A DNA stretch of 18,498 nucleotides from a virus (Duplodnaviria > Heunggongvirae > Uroviricota > Caudoviricetes): the IMG/VR virus record IMGVR_UViG_2657245081_000006. One strand, 5' to 3'. The notes under the pieces are model-generated. The model worked only from the letters and a program-made list of their open reading frames with translations, was not told where the DNA came from and did not search any database. Each line of letters starts with the position of its first letter. Position 1 is the stretch's first letter. Both the position numbers and the translations under genes were made by a program. Shown piece after piece: positions 15,472-18,498 of the stretch.

Positions 15472-16359
15472 ATGAATACTCTTACCAAAGAATGGTTACA
15501 GAACACGATTACCGGAATTGAGTCGATAATAGACGATAAATCGTTTGTATGTAGTGAAATAGCATTCGAAATAGGTGTGGTTAACAACATACTTACCGCA
15601 TTTAAAATTGCACTGGCATCGCTGGAAGCAGATCCAGTTGCTTATATTTTCAAACATCCGGCCGGGAAATTATTCTGGGCTTTAACTGATGAAAGCAATA
15701 AAGAGCAAGCTGACGTTATTCCTGTTTATGCTGCCGCGCCTGCGTCGGTTGTGCCGGATAATGCATCAGAGCCTCTTGCTTATGCTTACAAAGAGCTTAC
15801 GCCTGAGATTATGCGCAACCATTTAGCTGTATTCGAGCGATATGGAATAGCCCCAAACGATAGCTCTACCACAATTCAGGCACTGCGAATCGCGCTGGAT
15901 GGCATAGAGCGGAGCGGCGCCATGCTTCATGGTGCCGAACCTGTAAGCCAAACTTACAAGTTGCCTCCCCTGTCATCCAACGAAGTAAACGACGCGGCAT
16001 GGAAATTACGCAACATGCTTACTGAACACGGTCCTCTTAATGGGCGTCAGTTCAACAATCTGAAAGGTTGCTTCTATGAGGCATTAAAGGTCGCAATGCG
16101 CAACTATCCGGTAACTCCGGATAGTTGGATAAGCTGTAGTGATCGAATGCCAGAAATGGGAGAGCGACAATGCTATGCGTTAGCGGCTGACTTTAAAAAC
16201 AACTACCCGCCACACATCCCCAACACTCAGGTCGGCGTATATGGCGACTGGTTTAATGATGGCGATCCCACTTGGGTTGACGGTGATGGCGAAGACCTGT
16301 ATCTCAAAGAGGTAACCCACTGGATTCCGCTACCAGAACCGCCGCAGGAGGTGAAGTGA
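15472..16359 (+). CDS. DUF551-like phage protein, 295 aa
   Basis: C-terminal WISCSDRMPEMGERQCYA...THWIPLPEPP resembles the DUF551 motif common in lambdoid early-left regions. Confidence 0.65.
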   Translation: MNTLTKEWLQNTITGIESIIDDKSFVCSEIAFEIGVVNNILTAFKIALASLEADPVAYIFKHPAGKLFWALTDESNKEQADVIPVYAAAPASVVPDNASEPLAYAYKELTPEIMRNHLAVFERYGIAPNDSSTTIQALRIALDGIERSGAMLHGAEPVSQTYKLPPLSSNEVNDAAWKLRNMLTEHGPLNGRQFNNLKGCFYEALKVAMRNYPVTPDSWISCSDRMPEMGERQCYALAADFKNNYPPHIPNTQVGVYGDWFNDGDPTWVDGDGEDLYLKEVTHWIPLPEPPQEVK

Positions 16360-16931
16360 TGAACAACTTAATGATCGACCTTGAGACGATGGGGAAAAAT
16401 AAGGATGCACCGATCGTTTCCATTGGCGCGGTGTTCTTCACTCCAGAAACCGGAGACATCGGACAAGAATTCTATACGGTTGTTAGCCTGGAAAGTGCTA
16501 TGGGGCAAGGAGCTACACCTGACGGCGATACCATCCTGTGGTGGTTGAAACAAAGCCCTGAAGCACGAGCTGCAATCTGTATTGATGATACTTTGTCGAT
16601 CAGCGATGCTCTCTCAGAACTAAATCATTTCATTAACCGGCACGCAGACAATACGAAATATTTAAAAGTCTGGGGTAACGGAGCCACCTTCGACAACGTA
16701 ATTTTACGTGGAGCTTATGAGCGAGCAGGACAAATCTGTCCGTGGGCATACTGGAATGACCACGATGTACGCACGATCGTTACGCTTGGGCGTTCCATCG
16801 GATTCGACCCCAAAATGGACATGCCTTTCGATGGCGAACGGCACAACGCCATGGCTGATGCCCGTCATCAGGCAAAATATGTTTCCGCTATCTGGCAGAA
16901 ATTAATTCCTGCCACCAGCACAGAATTATGA
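16359..16931 (+). CDS. DEDDh 3'-5' exonuclease (RNase T/DnaQ-like phage exonuclease), 190 aa
   Basis: MIDLETMGK...APIVSIGAV (Exo I), WGNGATFDNVIL (Exo II), HNAMADARHQA (Exo III with His); AGGAGG SD; TGATG overlap with the upstream stop. Confidence 0.8.
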   Translation: MNNLMIDLETMGKNKDAPIVSIGAVFFTPETGDIGQEFYTVVSLESAMGQGATPDGDTILWWLKQSPEARAAICIDDTLSISDALSELNHFINRHADNTKYLKVWGNGATFDNVILRGAYERAGQICPWAYWNDHDVRTIVTLGRSIGFDPKMDMPFDGERHNAMADARHQAKYVSAIWQKLIPATSTEL

Positions 16932-16967
16932 TTTTCCCGGGTGCAGCCGGTTTTGATGGAGAAAATT

Positions 16968-17249
16968 ATGAACACCTTGTTTTTACTGATGGCTGAATTC
17001 AATACCCCTAACATTGAACTCTCAGCAGTTAGCCAAAAGTACTTTGGCATGAGTCCAGCCACGGCAGAAGCAAAAGCAAACGCTTGTAAGTTGCCCGTTC
17101 CAACATATCGCATCGGCACATCACAAAAAGCAAAACGTTGCATCAATATTCAGGATCTTGCGGAATACATAGACAAAAGACGAGAAGAAGGACGTATCGA
17201 GTGGGAACAGGTCAGAACAAGCAAACAGAAGGGCAAAGAACATCACTAA
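16968..17249 (+). CDS. PrtN-family protein (pyocin-activator-like; excisionase-type regulator in prophages), 93 aa
   Basis: MNTLFLLMAEF...KLPVPTYRIGTSQKAKRCINIQDLAEYIDKRREEG matches the PrtN-type pattern; GGAG 7 nt upstream of the ATG at 16968. Confidence 0.6.
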   Translation: MNTLFLLMAEFNTPNIELSAVSQKYFGMSPATAEAKANACKLPVPTYRIGTSQKAKRCINIQDLAEYIDKRREEGRIEWEQVRTSKQKGKEHH

Positions 17250-17251
17250 AT

Positions 17252-17279
17252 AAAAAACCCGCCTAAAGGCGGGTTTTCA
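17252..17279. terminator. bidirectional intrinsic terminator between the convergent early-left operon and the right-end cargo operon
   Basis: aaaaaacccgcc-taaa-ggcgggtttt; the minus-strand reading has the longer T-run. Confidence 0.65.
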
Positions 17280-17296
17280 AAAAGCACCAGCTATGA

Positions 17297-17470
17297 TCAT
17301 GCTGCTTTGCGACGACGAAGCTTACCCTGCTGCTCTTTACCAGAGACAGTAGCGTGAGTGAACGCATTAGGAGCAGCCTTCATCAGAACTTCAACAGCAG
17401 CACCCATACCTGCGAATGCTTTCATTGTGTCGAACTTAACCTGTGGCTTGGTTGCTTTTTGATCTTCCAT
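17297..17470 (-). CDS. hypothetical small protein, 57 aa (below the 60-aa cutoff of the ORF track)
   Basis: ATG at 17468-17470 preceded by AGGAG at 7-nt spacing; translation MEDQKATKPQVKFDTMKAFAGMGAAVEVLMKAAPNAFTHATVSGKEQQGKLRRRKAA; TGA stop; terminator follows. Confidence 0.5.
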   Translation of the reverse strand: MEDQKATKPQVKFDTMKAFAGMGAAVEVLMKAAPNAFTHATVSGKEQQGKLRRRKAA

Positions 17471-17509
17471 AGAAAACTCCTGAAGTTATACCGAAACAAT
17501 TCCTGTTGT

Positions 17510-17929
17510 TTACTCATCATCAATAGATGATACGCAATATTTATTTTTAAATTTAAGGTTCTTTGGCGTAACTTCATCAGAGATATCAAAACCGTCCAGA
17601 ATTCTATTGAATGTAGCTTCTGGCATATCATCATGAACAGAAATCTCACCCGATCGCTGCTTTCTAACCATGTTATCCACTCGCCAAATTATAGCTTCAG
17701 CGTAAACAACATAACTTGGATGCTTGATAAAGCGATGATCACCAGAATTCAAGACGCAAGACGGATCGTGGGGGACACCATCCTTGATACTAGAAATATT
17801 AACAACTAAAACACAATAACAATCGTTAACGGGGTAATAAACAGGATCATTACAAATCACATGAAGATGATTGCATGGCCCAGTTGGGGCAAGCACAGTT
17901 CCTTTCCTGTATGGCTGATAATCCGTCAT
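17510..17929 (-). CDS. hypothetical protein, candidate toxin partner of the Panacea-domain gene, 139 aa
   Basis: ATGA start/stop overlap with the upstream Panacea gene (17926-17929); AT-rich; CYCVLVVNISSIK and WRVDNMVRK segments loosely resemble MazF/PemK-like strands by eye only. Confidence 0.55.
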   Translation of the reverse strand: MTDYQPYRKGTVLAPTGPCNHLHVICNDPVYYPVNDCYCVLVVNISSIKDGVPHDPSCVLNSGDHRFIKHPSYVVYAEAIIWRVDNMVRKQRSGEISVHDDMPEATFNRILDGFDISDEVTPKNLKFKNKYCVSSIDDE

Positions 17930-18498
17930 GATAATTGCAAAGAAAATTCCTTAAGTTTCTGAGATTCTTCCATTTTGCCAATTATGCGATTAGCCTCATC
18001 CTCGCTTTTACCCTCACTGATCAGCATTTCTTTCAGGTCTATAGGCTTACGAGAATTGCCAGGATCGTGCCACTCTGGACAAACGCTTTCTAGATGCGTC
18101 ATATTTGCGAGATCAAATCGGTTCATATGCCCATACCGAGAATAGATTTCATCTAAAATCCGGATATCTGCACGACTCAATTCATCAAAGACCTCGTCTG
18201 CATCCATTTCCCTCGGATCTGAACGCAACGATACATTATGCCCGTTCGTCTCTATCAAGTTGTACCAGTAGTCACCAATGCCTTCAGCCTTACCGCGAAT
18301 CAAGTTCAGCGTATTCGACATGACTGGTCCAAATTTCATAGAGTAAAGGCTATCTTCGCCGATCATCCTGCCATGCTTCAAAATCGACTGGCGGTTAGAC
18401 AGATAGAGCAACTTCATCAATTTCAGATATGCCATGCGCCCACCTCGCTTAAGAAGTAGGTATGCAGCCATTTGAGCTACTTTTTCTTCGCAAAACAT
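17926..18498 (-). CDS. Panacea-domain (DUF4065, SocA/PanA-like) protein, 190 aa; start codon is the last 3 nt of the window
   Basis: N-terminal ...MAYLKLMKLLYLSNRQSI...SMKFGPVMSN matches the Panacea core (LKLxKLLY ... GPV); AT-rich. Confidence 0.7.
   Translation of the reverse strand: MFCEEKVAQMAAYLLLKRGGRMAYLKLMKLLYLSNRQSILKHGRMIGEDSLYSMKFGPVMSNTLNLIRGKAEGIGDYWYNLIETNGHNVSLRSDPREMDADEVFDELSRADIRILDEIYSRYGHMNRFDLANMTHLESVCPEWHDPGNSRKPIDLKEMLISEGKSEDEANRIIGKMEESQKLKEFSLQLS

Larger units (their letters stand above)
1736..18498. mobile_element. lambdoid prophage (partial in window): immunity, replication, nin-like and Q regions plus early-left operon; no lysis/structural/int genes visible
   Basis: CI/Cro/CII-like switch, O-like initiator with iterons, RusA, Q antiterminator, KilA-N, DUF968, Dam, YfdPQR-like and Xis-like genes in canonical lambdoid order on the expected strands. 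Confidence 0.85.

Overview
This window is an E. coli-type chromosomal flank (kgtP, rrn terminator, the 3' end of a 5S rRNA gene) that runs into a 10-N assembly gap at 1675-1684, followed by about 16.8 kb of a lambdoid prophage. The prophage has a divergent immunity switch: a CI-like S24 repressor on + (11421-12095) and a YdaS-type Cro on - (11130-11330), with palindromic operators and readable PR/PRM/PL promoters. Leftward from cro runs a translationally coupled early-right operon ending in a QuuD-type Q antiterminator: CII-like, an unknown-N-terminus/Rha-domain protein, an O-like replication initiator carrying 23-bp-spaced iterons, PerC-like, Dam-family MTase, LexA-DBD-like, RusA, KilA-N, DUF968, Q. 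Rightward from PL runs an early-left operon: YfdP/YfdQ/YfdR-like proteins, a DEDDh exonuclease, a DUF551 protein and a PrtN-like Xis-type protein. No lysis, structural, integrase or att sequences are visible. The three best leads are: (1) an AT-rich single-gene insertion directly downstream of Q, encoding a 205-aa protein with no family I can recognise, whose Shine-Dalgarno sits inside a 15-bp hairpin; (2) about 600 nt of ORF-free, strongly structured leader between PL and the first early-left gene, in a phage with no N-like gene; (3) an AT-rich three-gene operon at the right edge with a Panacea-domain (PanA/SocA-like) protein overlapping a 139-aa candidate toxin. All family assignments are from reading the translations by eye; no database search was run.
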